A stretch of DNA of 64,000 bases, from positions 67,275 to 131,274 of the forward strand of contig CALCZC010000025.1 in the NCBI GenBank assembly GCA_937903605.1, in the 5' to 3' direction. Made by a program: the position numbers and the translations under genes. Positions 27,987-38,100 of the stretch are shown here, piece by piece. Within the stretch, counting starts at the first letter, position 1. Each line of letters begins with the position of its first letter. This DNA comes from an uncultured bacterium. Its GTDB lineage: Bacteria > Patescibacteriota > Patescibacteriia > Magasanikbacterales > GWA2-37-8. The notes below the pieces were generated by a model, which was given only the letters and a program-made list of their open reading frames with translations, made no database searches and was not told where the DNA came from.

Positions 27987-28076
27987 TTTGTCATTCCTGT
28001 GGGCCAAAGGCCTCCCTTTGGGAAAGGCAGAGATCTAGGCACTTGTCATCCCCGCGCAGGCGGGGATCCAATGACT
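27987..28076. repeat. two adjacent family-1 units
   Basis: ttgtcattcctgtgggccaaaggcctccctttgggaaaggcagagatctagg + cttGTCATccccgcgcaggcggggatccaATGAC. Confidence 0.7.
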
Positions 28077-28175
28077 AATTTTTCGCAATTTTTCGTATTT
28101 TTATAATTCAAAAATTGGTATTGTAAAAAAGGGGGAAAGAGAGTAAAATATAGACAACTTATTTAATAAAAATTT

Positions 28176-29105
28176 ATGAAAAGTTATTATCGTATAATGC
28201 TTGGCAAGGGTAGTGTTTATGCCAAAGAAGCAAGGTTAGAAAATTTTATGGGCGCCGGATGGCTTGGTGATATTGATTTAACAAATGAATTACCAGAAAG
28301 TCGAGTTGAATTCAATAAGAAATTCATACCTGTTTATTTAAAAAAACATCCTGATGCAAAGAAAATGTCAGCGGCCCTTGCTTGTGGTATGTTATACACG
28401 ATCGCAAAAGGTATTGTTATTGGTGATATTGTTTTATGTCCGGATGGGTCAGGTAATTATTATTTCGGAGAAGTCATTGGTGATTATCAATATGTGTCGG
28501 GAGTAAACTTACCGCACCGTCGTGCTGTGAAATGGTATTCCAAAATTATTCCCAGAGAAGAAATGAGTCAAGCTTTAAAATATTCCACTGGCGCCATTGG
28601 TACAGTTAGCAATATAACCGATCATGCTTCTGAATTAGAAAAATTGATATCAGGTAATGTTGAAAGTCCGATTGTTGTGACCGACGAGTCAATTGAAGAC
28701 CCAAGTGTATTTATGTTAGAGAAACATCTAGAGGATTTTTTGGTACAAAATTGGAACAATACTGAATTGGGTAAGAATTATAATATTTATGAAGAAGATG
28801 GTGAAATAGTGGGGCAACAATATCCTAGCGATACTGGTCCAATAGATATTTTGGCAATTAGTAAAGATAAAAAAACACTTTTGGTAGTTGAGTTAAAAAA
28901 AGGACGCGCAAGTGATGTGGTGGTCGGCCAAATTCAAAGGTACATGGGTTATGTAAAAGACGAATTAGCAGAAAAAAATCAAGAAATTAAAGGGGTTATA
29001 ATTGCTTTTGAAGATGATATTAAAATTCGCCGTGCTTTATCGGTTGCAAATAACATCGATTTTTATACTTATAAAATTGATTTTAAACTTGAAAAAAATA
29101 AATAA
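28176..29105 (+). CDS. YhcG/DUF1016-like PD-(D/E)xK nuclease-domain protein
   Basis: C-terminal …GPIDILAISKDKKTLLVVELKKGRASDVVVGQIQRYMGY… is a D…ExK motif resembling YhcG. It is the first gene of a tightly spaced 15-gene array. Confidence 0.5.
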   Translation: MKSYYRIMLGKGSVYAKEARLENFMGAGWLGDIDLTNELPESRVEFNKKFIPVYLKKHPDAKKMSAALACGMLYTIAKGIVIGDIVLCPDGSGNYYFGEVIGDYQYVSGVNLPHRRAVKWYSKIIPREEMSQALKYSTGAIGTVSNITDHASELEKLISGNVESPIVVTDESIEDPSVFMLEKHLEDFLVQNWNNTELGKNYNIYEEDGEIVGQQYPSDTGPIDILAISKDKKTLLVVELKKGRASDVVVGQIQRYMGYVKDELAEKNQEIKGVIIAFEDDIKIRRALSVANNIDFYTYKIDFKLEKNK

Positions 29106-29107
29106 TT

Positions 29108-30682
29108 ATGACTAATTTTAATACTTCAAAAGAACAAGAACGTGCCGAGCTTCATCGTGCTATTTGGCAAATTGCTAATGATCTAAGGGGAAGTGTAGAT
29201 GGTTGGGATTTCAAACAATATGTTTTGGGAATTTTGTTTTATAGATTTATTGGTGAAAATCTTTCTAATTATATCAATAAACAACAGAGAAAAGTTAAAG
29301 GGTTTGAAAATTTTGAATATTCAAATTTGAGCGATAAAGAAGCAGAATTGGGTAAAAAAGAAATTGTGTTGGCAAAGGGTTTCTATATTCTTCCAAGTGA
29401 GCTTTTTGTAAATGTTCGTAAAAATGCTAAAAACAATGCAAATTTAAACGAAACTCTTTCAAGAGTTTTTAGTAATATTGAAAATTCTGCAAAAGGTTTT
29501 GATAGTGAGGATGATATAAAAGGGTTATTTGCTGACCTTGATGTCAATTCTCCAAAACTTGGAAATACAGTTGAAAAACGTAATCAAAAATTAGTAAAAC
29601 TTTTAGATGCTATTGGAGATCTTCAATTAGGAAATTACTCTGATAATACTATCGATGCTTTCGGTGATGCTTATGAGTTTTTAATGACCATGTATGCTTC
29701 AAATGCTGGTAAATCTGGAGGTGAATTTTATACACCACAAGAAGTTAGTGAATTACTTGCAAAAATTACGACTGTGGGTAAAAAAGAGGTAAACAAAGTT
29801 TATGATCCATGTTGTGGTTCAGGATCGCTTCTTTTGAAATTTGCCAAAGTTCTTGGTAAAGAAAATGTCCGGCTTGGTTTTTTTGGTCAAGAAATAAATC
29901 TTACCACCTATAATTTGTGTCGTATCAACATGTTTTTACACGATATCAACTATAATCATTTTGATATTGAGCTCGGTGACACACTAACTGATCCCAAACA
30001 TTGGGATGACGAACCTTTTGATGCTATAGTTTCTAACCCGCCTTATTCAATTAATTGGGAAGGGGACGCTAATCCGCTTTTAATAAACGACCCTCGTTTT
30101 TCGCCTGCTGGAGTACTTGCTCCAAAGAGTAAAGCTGATTTGGCTTTCACCATGCACATGCTTTCGTGGCTTTCTACCAGCGGAACGGCGGCGATTGTTG
30201 AATTCCCTGGAGTTCTTTATCGTGGTGGAGCTGAAGCAAAAATCCGCAAATATTTGATTGATAACAATTACGTTGATGCTGTAATACAACTTCCACTAGA
30301 TCTTTTCTTTGGTACAACCATTGCTACTTGTGTTATCGTTTTAAAGAAGAGTAAAAAAGACAATAAGACTTTATTTATCGATGCTTCCGCTGAATTTGTT
30401 CGGGGTGGTAATAAAAATAAATTAAACGAAGAAAATCGTAAAAAGATCCTGAATGCTTTTATAGAAAGAAAAGATATAGAACATTTTGCAAAAATTATAG
30501 ATAACAAAGCTATTGCAGAAAATGATTACAATCTAGCAGTTTCTAGTTATGTGGAGCAAAAAGACACTAGAGAAGCAGTGGACATAAAAGAACTTAATAA
30601 AGAAATTGAGAGAATCGTAAAAAGACAAAGTGAATTAAGGTTGGCAATTGATGAGATTGTGAGGGAGATTGAGGGTAATTAA
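29108..30682 (+). CDS. hsdM: Type I restriction-modification system, DNA methyltransferase subunit M
   Basis: N6-adenine MTase motif IV NPPYS, an AdoMet-binding region (DPCCGSGSLL), and an HsdM N-terminal domain. Confidence 0.9.
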   Translation: MTNFNTSKEQERAELHRAIWQIANDLRGSVDGWDFKQYVLGILFYRFIGENLSNYINKQQRKVKGFENFEYSNLSDKEAELGKKEIVLAKGFYILPSELFVNVRKNAKNNANLNETLSRVFSNIENSAKGFDSEDDIKGLFADLDVNSPKLGNTVEKRNQKLVKLLDAIGDLQLGNYSDNTIDAFGDAYEFLMTMYASNAGKSGGEFYTPQEVSELLAKITTVGKKEVNKVYDPCCGSGSLLLKFAKVLGKENVRLGFFGQEINLTTYNLCRINMFLHDINYNHFDIELGDTLTDPKHWDDEPFDAIVSNPPYSINWEGDANPLLINDPRFSPAGVLAPKSKADLAFTMHMLSWLSTSGTAAIVEFPGVLYRGGAEAKIRKYLIDNNYVDAVIQLPLDLFFGTTIATCVIVLKKSKKDNKTLFIDASAEFVRGGNKNKLNEENRKKILNAFIERKDIEHFAKIIDNKAIAENDYNLAVSSYVEQKDTREAVDIKELNKEIERIVKRQSELRLAIDEIVREIEGN

Positions 30683-30688
30683 ATTAAT

Positions 30689-32890
30689 ATGAATAAATTA
30701 AAAGTTAAATTAGAAAATTGTTACGGAATAAAAAAGCTTGAACACGAGTTTGATTTTTCTAATTTTAAAACTTTTGTTATCTATGCACCCAACGGCGTAA
30801 TGAAGACATCATTTGCAAAAACCCTTAGCGATATTGCAAAAGGAGAAAAACCCTGTGATCAAATAGATGATACTTTAACACCAATTTTTAATTTTTTAAT
30901 TGATGATTCTGAAAATCAAATCCAATCAGAAGAAATATGTGTTATAGAGTCATACAACAAAAAAGCGTTTGATTCTGAAGATAAGATTCTTACGCTTCTA
31001 GCAGACGACGAGACCAAAAAGGAATATTTGGCAATATTTAACGAAATTGAATCACTTAAAAAAGCTTCTCTTCCTGGATTAAAAAAAATATCAGGCAGTA
31101 GTAACTACGAATCTGAAATTACAGAAGCATTTTCTAATCTTGATAAGAAAAATATTTTTGAAATTTTTGAGGCCGTTTTAAATGACATTGAAGCATCGAA
31201 AGATTCATTTGAATTTAAATATAACGATGTTTTTGATAAAGGTGGAAAAGTTAAAAAATTTCTGGCAGATAATTTTGCATTATTAAAAGAGTACATTGAA
31301 AAATACAATGATCTGATTAGTAAGTCTACTTTTTTTGCAAAAAATGCCAACCATATTTTTGGAACAACGGAAGCAAAAATTCTTGGTAAGTCGCTTGAGG
31401 GCGATGAATATTTTACTGCTGGGCATAAATTAGTATTAAAATCACATGGGGATGTATCTGCTAAAAATAAATTATCAGAAATAATTGATGAGGAAATTGA
31501 AAAAGTTTTTAATGATAAAGACCTGAAAGATATTTTTGAAAAAATCGATAATTTGCTCAATACTAATAAAGAACTTCAAGCATTTAAGAAGATTATTGAA
31601 AGAGACAATTCAATTTTATTGAGATTAAATAATTACGATGCTTTTAGAAGAGAGGTGTGGTTTAGTTTTTTAAAACAAATTGAGACAAGCATAAAATCAT
31701 TAGTTGAATTATATAATCAGAAAAAGGTTGATTTAGAAAGGATTATACAAAAAGCAAAGGACAGTCAGTCACAATGGGAAAGTGCTATTAAAGAATTTGA
31801 AAACAGATTTGTTAATAATCCATTTACTCTTGAAATTCAAAATAAGGCGGACGCTGTATTAAACGAAAAGACACCAGTAATTGATTTTAAATTTCAAGGA
31901 AAAGATATCGAAAGAAACAATTTGATAGAAAATGTATTGAGCCAAGGAGAGAGACGAGCTTTTTATATTTTAAATGTTATTTTTGAGATTAAATCTCGGC
32001 AGCTACAAAACAAAAAAACATTATTTATTATTGATGACATAGCGGACTCGTTTGATTACAAAAATAAATATGCAATTATTGAATATTTAAATGATTTATC
32101 CAAAGAAGATAATTTCTATTCAATAATTTTAACGCACAACTTTGACTTTTTTAGGACACTTCAATCAAGAATCTTGCAAGATAATAAGTGGAACTATTCT
32201 TTTATAGCAGAAAAACTAACAGATGAAATTAAACTAATTAAAGCAGGTAGTAAAAATGTTACTGACCCATTTACTAACTGGAAAGCAGGTCTTAATAACA
32301 ACAAAAAACATTTAATTGCTTGTATTCCTTTTGTGCGAAATTTGATTGAATTTAAAGATGGACGAAATGATGGATATAAGCTTCTAACGCACACTCTTCA
32401 TAGAAAATCTTTGGACGAAACTATTAAAGCAACCCCAGATATTTCAATTGCTGATCTACAAGCACCGTTTTCGAGTGTTGTGTCTGGTGTTGCATTTACA
32501 TTTACAGACACAAATGAAAAAATTATTGATGTAATTGAGGAACAGATAGCAGTGATAAAAAATGACAGAAATACCGATTCAATTGTTCTAGAAGATAAAA
32601 TTATTTTTGCTATTGGAATAAGATTGAAAGCAGAAGAATATATGTGGTCGAAGGTTACAAACCAAGATCTAATAAACGGATCGCAAACAGGTAAGCTGTT
32701 TCAGCGATACAAAGATCAATTTAAACAAGATCCGACTCATGTTGAAGCTATAAAAATCTTAGAAAGCGTAAATATAATGACTCCTGAGAACATACACCTG
32801 AACTCTTTTATGTATGAACCAATTTTAGATATAGGCATAGATGAGTTAAAGAGTTTACACGATAAGGTTTGCAATTTAATGAATAATTAG
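30689..32890 (+). CDS. ABC-type (Rad50/SMC-like) ATPase with ~400-aa helical insertion and C-terminal R-x3-E…H module; RloC-like anticodon-nuclease candidate
   Basis: Degenerate Walker A APNGVMKTS. ABC signature LSQGERRAF, Walker B LFIIDDIADSFD and H-loop ILTHNFDFF about 400 aa downstream. C-terminal GIRLKAEEY…(39 aa)…H. Lies between hsdM and hsdS. Confidence 0.5.
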   Translation: MNKLKVKLENCYGIKKLEHEFDFSNFKTFVIYAPNGVMKTSFAKTLSDIAKGEKPCDQIDDTLTPIFNFLIDDSENQIQSEEICVIESYNKKAFDSEDKILTLLADDETKKEYLAIFNEIESLKKASLPGLKKISGSSNYESEITEAFSNLDKKNIFEIFEAVLNDIEASKDSFEFKYNDVFDKGGKVKKFLADNFALLKEYIEKYNDLISKSTFFAKNANHIFGTTEAKILGKSLEGDEYFTAGHKLVLKSHGDVSAKNKLSEIIDEEIEKVFNDKDLKDIFEKIDNLLNTNKELQAFKKIIERDNSILLRLNNYDAFRREVWFSFLKQIETSIKSLVELYNQKKVDLERIIQKAKDSQSQWESAIKEFENRFVNNPFTLEIQNKADAVLNEKTPVIDFKFQGKDIERNNLIENVLSQGERRAFYILNVIFEIKSRQLQNKKTLFIIDDIADSFDYKNKYAIIEYLNDLSKEDNFYSIILTHNFDFFRTLQSRILQDNKWNYSFIAEKLTDEIKLIKAGSKNVTDPFTNWKAGLNNNKKHLIACIPFVRNLIEFKDGRNDGYKLLTHTLHRKSLDETIKATPDISIADLQAPFSSVVSGVAFTFTDTNEKIIDVIEEQIAVIKNDRNTDSIVLEDKIIFAIGIRLKAEEYMWSKVTNQDLINGSQTGKLFQRYKDQFKQDPTHVEAIKILESVNIMTPENIHLNSFMYEPILDIGIDELKSLHDKVCNLMNN

Positions 32891-32891
32891 T

Positions 32892-34010
32892 ATGAAAAAA
32901 CACCAATCAAAAATTGAAAAACTAATTTCAGAACTATGCCCTAATGGTGTGGAGTTTAAAATGCTTGGAGAACTAGAAGATGATAATTTGATTAAACTTG
33001 GACGTGGAAATGTAATTTCAAAAACTGATATTACAAACACACCTGGTGATTATCCGGTTTATTCTTCATCTGCAAATGATGAGGGCGAATTTGGCAGGTA
33101 TGGAAAATATATGTTTGATGATGAAAGAATTACGTGGTCAATCGATGGGGGCGGTAGATTTTTTTATAGACAGTCACATAAATATTCTGTAACAAATGTA
33201 TCGGGGTGGTTAAAAGTAAATGATAATAATGTATTAAATTTACGTTATTTGTATTTTGTTCTGTCAAATGCTTGGTTAACAAAAGTTTTTGATTATACAA
33301 AAAAAGCTCATCCTTCAGTAATTAGAGAAGAGTACAAAATCCCTATTCCACCTCTTGCAATTCAAGAAGAAATTGTAAAAATTCTTAATAGTTTTACGGA
33401 GCTGGAAGCGGAGCTGGAAGCGGAGCTGGAAGTAAGAAAGAAACAGTATGATTATTACCATAAAGAACTTTTTGATTTAAGGGATGATTTCGAATTAAAA
33501 ACACTTGGGGATATTTACGAATTTCAATATGGAGAAGGAAATACTATTCCTACTTCAGGGGATAAATTTCCAGTATATGGAAGTAATGGTATTGTTGGTT
33601 CTCATGAAAAATTCAACAGTGAAGATGCTCCGGTGATTGGACATATTGGAGCTTACGCAGGAATAGTAAATTGGGCTCAAGGAAAACACTTTGTTACATA
33701 CAACGGAGTTATTTGTAAAATCAAGCCAGGAGTTAATCCAAGGTTTGGTTATCATCTGTTGATTCTCCAAGATTTTAGATCAAAAGCAAACGCAGGGTCT
33801 CAACCTTTTGTTTCTTACGACATGCTTAGAAAAACCGAAGTAAAAATACCTCCTATTTTAATACAAAATAAAATTGCAGATGTCCTTGATAAATTTGATG
33901 CACTTGTAAACGATATTTCAGTTGGTTTGCCTGCCGAGCTCAAAGCACGTAGGTCACAATACGAATATTATAGAAATAAACTTCTTGATTTTAAAGAGTT
34001 AGAAAAATAA
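32892..34010 (+). CDS. hsdS: Type I restriction-modification system, specificity subunit S
   Basis: Two target-recognition domains. Central and C-terminal conserved helices (…LAIQEEIVKILNSFTELEAEL… and …LPAELKARRSQYEYYRNKLLDF). Confidence 0.85.
   Translation: MKKHQSKIEKLISELCPNGVEFKMLGELEDDNLIKLGRGNVISKTDITNTPGDYPVYSSSANDEGEFGRYGKYMFDDERITWSIDGGGRFFYRQSHKYSVTNVSGWLKVNDNNVLNLRYLYFVLSNAWLTKVFDYTKKAHPSVIREEYKIPIPPLAIQEEIVKILNSFTELEAELEAELEVRKKQYDYYHKELFDLRDDFELKTLGDIYEFQYGEGNTIPTSGDKFPVYGSNGIVGSHEKFNSEDAPVIGHIGAYAGIVNWAQGKHFVTYNGVICKIKPGVNPRFGYHLLILQDFRSKANAGSQPFVSYDMLRKTEVKIPPILIQNKIADVLDKFDALVNDISVGLPAELKARRSQYEYYRNKLLDFKELEK
33398..33433 (+). repeat. 3× 12-bp in-frame tandem repeat (GGAGCTGGAAGC; EAEL units) in the central conserved region of hsdS
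   Basis: ggagctggaagcggagctggaagcggagctggaagt. Confidence 0.85.
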
Positions 34011-34011
34011 T

Positions 34012-35166
34012 ATGGTTGAATTCGACTCAATCTCTGAATTGTTTGTTAATATAAAAAATGATTTATTATCAGATATTGATAAAAAGAGTATTGCTTTACT
34101 TTATGCTTTTAATTCTACTGGTAAGACAAGGCTTTCTATTGAGTTTGATGAATTAAACGAAAATGATAATGGTTATATTAAAGTACTATCTTATAATGCT
34201 TTTTTAGAAGACCTGTTTGTCTGGGATAATAAGAACCTTGTCTTAAATTTTAGTCCGGATGATTGGCGGATAAGATTTATTCAGGATCAAGGTTTAGAAA
34301 ATAAAATTGTAGAGAATTTTAAATTATTTACTAATTCAAAAGTTGAGCCTATCTTTGAAATTGAAACACATAGAGCAGAGCTCGATAAATTTATATTAGA
34401 CAAATCTAAACTAGGTGGAAATAAGATAGGAAAAATTTCTTTTTTTATTGCTTCAGGAGATGGAAAAAATAAAGATAGCATAAAAATTTCTAAAAGTGAA
34501 GAAAGTATACTGATATGGTCTGTTTTTTATTCTATTTTAGAGATTGTTATAGAAGAATTAAATACACCAGAAGAACATCGTTCAACTAATCTTTTTAATC
34601 ACCTTGAATATATTGTAATAGATGATCCTGTTTCTTCGATCGATGATGAAAGAATTATTTCTTTAGCAGTAAAATTATGTAGGACTATAAAGTTAAATGA
34701 AAATAGAAAAATAAACTTTTTAATAACCACACATCACGCTTTATTTTTTAATGTTTTATTTAATTCTTTCAAAAAATTTCAAAAATCTGATGTAAAAAAA
34801 TATTGTTATATTTTATCAAAAAATGGTAATATTTTTATATTAGAAAGCCAGAAAGATGATTCACCGTTTGCATATCATATTTTAGTTAAAAATAAGCTTA
34901 AAGAAGCAATAAAAAATGGAAGTCTTGAAAAATACCATTTTAATTTATTTAGAACTTTATTAGAAAAAACGGCAAATTTTTTAGGATATACTGATTGGGG
35001 TGAGTGTATTTATAAAGAAGAAAACAGAGAAGAAGTTAAAAGACTTATTAATTTATATAGTCATAGCAAATTATCAGAATTGGAAAGTGGAAGTTTAAGT
35101 AATGCTGATAAAGAGTTGTTTGCAAATACTTTTAATTCTTTTATGGAAGATTTTAAATATAAATAA
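34012..35166 (+). CDS. PrrC-like anticodon nuclease candidate (ABC-type ATPase N-domain + C-terminal R-x3-E…H module)
   Basis: Walker A FNSTGKTRL, Walker B YIVIDDPVSSIDD, H-loop LITTHHALFF. C-terminal FRTLLEK…(37 aa)…YSHSK. Sits between hsdS and hsdR, as in the prr locus. 384 aa (PrrC is about 396). Confidence 0.55.
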   Translation: MVEFDSISELFVNIKNDLLSDIDKKSIALLYAFNSTGKTRLSIEFDELNENDNGYIKVLSYNAFLEDLFVWDNKNLVLNFSPDDWRIRFIQDQGLENKIVENFKLFTNSKVEPIFEIETHRAELDKFILDKSKLGGNKIGKISFFIASGDGKNKDSIKISKSEESILIWSVFYSILEIVIEELNTPEEHRSTNLFNHLEYIVIDDPVSSIDDERIISLAVKLCRTIKLNENRKINFLITTHHALFFNVLFNSFKKFQKSDVKKYCYILSKNGNIFILESQKDDSPFAYHILVKNKLKEAIKNGSLEKYHFNLFRTLLEKTANFLGYTDWGECIYKEENREEVKRLINLYSHSKLSELESGSLSNADKELFANTFNSFMEDFKYK

Positions 35167-35169
35167 ATT

Positions 35170-38100
35170 ATGTCTAAAAATAATAATTACAATTTAGTTG
35201 CAGAAAATACACAAAGCACGGTTGTCGCCGAGTATGTTTCTGGTACAAAAAGATTATCACAATATCAAAGTGAAGATGCTTTAGAAAAAGCTTTTATTAA
35301 ACAATTAGAATCTCAGGCGTATGAATATATTGCGATTAAATCCGAAAATGATTTGATTCTTAATCTTCGCAAACAACTTGAAAAGTTAAATAGTTATACT
35401 TTTTCTGATGCAGAATGGGATAGATTTTTTACGAGCGAAATAGCAAATCCAAATCAGAGTATTGAAGAAAAAACTGCAACTATACAAGAAAATGAAGTAA
35501 AAAATTTATATGGTGATGATGGAAAATTTAAAAGAAATATAACTCTTTTAGATAAGAAAAATATTCACAACAACAGTCTGCAAGTCATCAATCAGTACGT
35601 CACCGAAGACGGACAAAGATCGAATCGTTATGATGTGACGGTATTGGTAAATGGATTACCGCTTATACACATTGAATTAAAACGTCGTGGAGTTGCTATT
35701 CAAGAAGCATTTAACCAAATAAACAGATATCAAAGAGAGAGTTTTTGGGCTTCAAGTGGTCTTTTTGAATATGTGCAATTGTTTGTAATATCTAATGGAA
35801 CACATACAAAATATTACAGCAATACAACAAGATCACAACACGTCAAAGAATCTCAAGAGGGTTCTAAAAATAAAGGAAAGAAGACCAGTAATAGTTTTGA
35901 ATTTACAAGTTGGTGGGCTGATGCAACAAATAGACCAATCACTGATTTGATGGACTTTGCAAAAACATTTTTTGCAAAGCATGCGATTTTGAATATTCTG
36001 ACGAAGTATTGCGTATTTACGACCGATCGCCTTTTGCTTGTTATGCGACCGTATCAAATCGTAGCAACAGAAAGAATTTTAAATCGCATTGAAGTTAGTA
36101 CAAATTATAAAAAACTTGGCACCACCGAAGCGGGTGGCTATATTTGGCACACCACAGGGTCAGGAAAGACTCTGACGAGTTTTAAAACTGCTCAATTGGC
36201 AAGTAAATTGTCATATGTAGATAAAGTATTGTTTGTGGTAGATCGTAAGGATTTGGACTATCAAACAATGAAAGAATATGACAAGTTTGAAAAAGGTGCG
36301 GCGAACAGCAATACGAGCACTGCGGTTTTAAAGAAACAACTGGAGGATTCAAATTCTAGAATTATTATCACAACAATTCAAAAACTTGATAGATTTATTG
36401 CCAAAAATTCTAGTCACACTATTTTTGATGGTCATATCGTAATTATTTTTGACGAGTGTCATCGTTCGCAATTTGGTGAAATGCATTCGAGTATTATAAA
36501 ATCATTTAATAATTATCACTTATTTGGATTTACTGGAACACCAATATTTTCTAAGAATGCTTCAGCTGGTGGCAGACCTGATTTCAAGACCACAGAGCAG
36601 GCTTTTGGTGAAAAATTACACACTTATACAATAGTTGATGCTATTTCTGATAAGAATGTTTTACCGTTTAAAGTTGATTATGTTTCAACTGTTAAAGAAG
36701 CAGAAAATATTGAAGACGCTCAAGTAAAAGATATTGACCGTGAAGCGGTATTATCCGCTCCAGAACGATTAGAAAATATTGTTCGCTATATTCGTGAACA
36801 TTTTGATCAGAAAACTAAAAGAAATAGTTTTTATAAAATTCAAGATAGAAGATTAGCGGGGTTTAATTCTGTTTTTGCAGTTTCTTCTATTGAGGTAGCA
36901 AAGAAATATTATCTTGAATTTAAAAGACAGTTGGCAGATGAACCGAGTGATAAAAAATTAAAAGTCGCCACAATATTTAGTTTTGGAGTAAATGACGAGG
37001 ATATAGACGGAATGATTGATGAAAATTCTGAAGATACAAGTGGTTTAGACGTAAGTTCAAGAGAGTTTCTTGAAAGTGCTATCAAAGATTATAATAAAAT
37101 GTTTGGAACGTCTTATGACACTTCATCTGAAAAATTTCAAAATTACTATAAAGATGTTAGTGAAAAAGTAAAAAAACGAGAAATAGACATCTTAATTGTG
37201 GTTAATATGTTTTTAACTGGTTTTGATGCTACTACTTTAAATACTTTGTGGGTAGATAAGAATTTGAGATTGCATGGATTACTTCAGGCATATTCAAGAA
37301 CTAACCGTATATTAAATAGTATTAAAACTTTTGGAAATATTGTTTGTTTTAGAAACCTAGAAAAAGCTACTAATGAAGCGATTGCTTTATTTGGAGATAA
37401 AGAAGCCGGTGGAATCGTATTACTTAAAGCATATGAGGATTACTACAATGGGTATAAAGAAGGTAATAAAGAAGTTCGAGGATACAAAAGTTTTGTTAAT
37501 GAACTACTTGCAAAGTTTCCAATCGGAGAAAGAATTATTGGAGAACAAAATCAAAAAGATTTTATAAAATTATACGGAGCAATTTTGAGAGTCAAAAATA
37601 TTTTAGCTACTTTCGATGAATTTAATGGTAATGAAATATTATCTGATAGAGATGTGCAAGATTATCATAGTATGTATATTGATTTATACAATGAATTCCG
37701 CAAAGCCGATGATTCTGAGAAAGAAAACATTAATGACGATATTGTTTTTGAAATGGAACTTATCAAACAAGTTGAAATTAACATTGATTATGTTCTTGGT
37801 CTTATAAAAATATATCATGAGGATCATGTAAAAAATAAAGAACTTTTGATAGATATTAATAAAGCAATTGATTCGAGTGTGGAATTGCGTAATAAAAAAG
37901 ATTTGATCAATCAGTTTATTACTTCCCTTGATGTTCATTCTATCATTGATGAAGATTGGCAAAAGTTTGTGGAAGAGAAAAAAGTCCAAGAATTAGAACA
38001 AATTATTGAAACTGAAAATCTTGATCATGAAGCTACATATAAATTTATAAAAAACTCTTTTAGAGATGGTAATATACCGATTACAGGAACCGCTATAAGT

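Noticed and set aside
28176-29105. Calling the first gene of the array an Mrr-type Type IV restriction enzyme
   Set aside because: Only the C-terminal D…ExK…GQ…Y pattern is recognisable, and it matches YhcG/DUF1016 better. The N-terminal domain could not be assigned.
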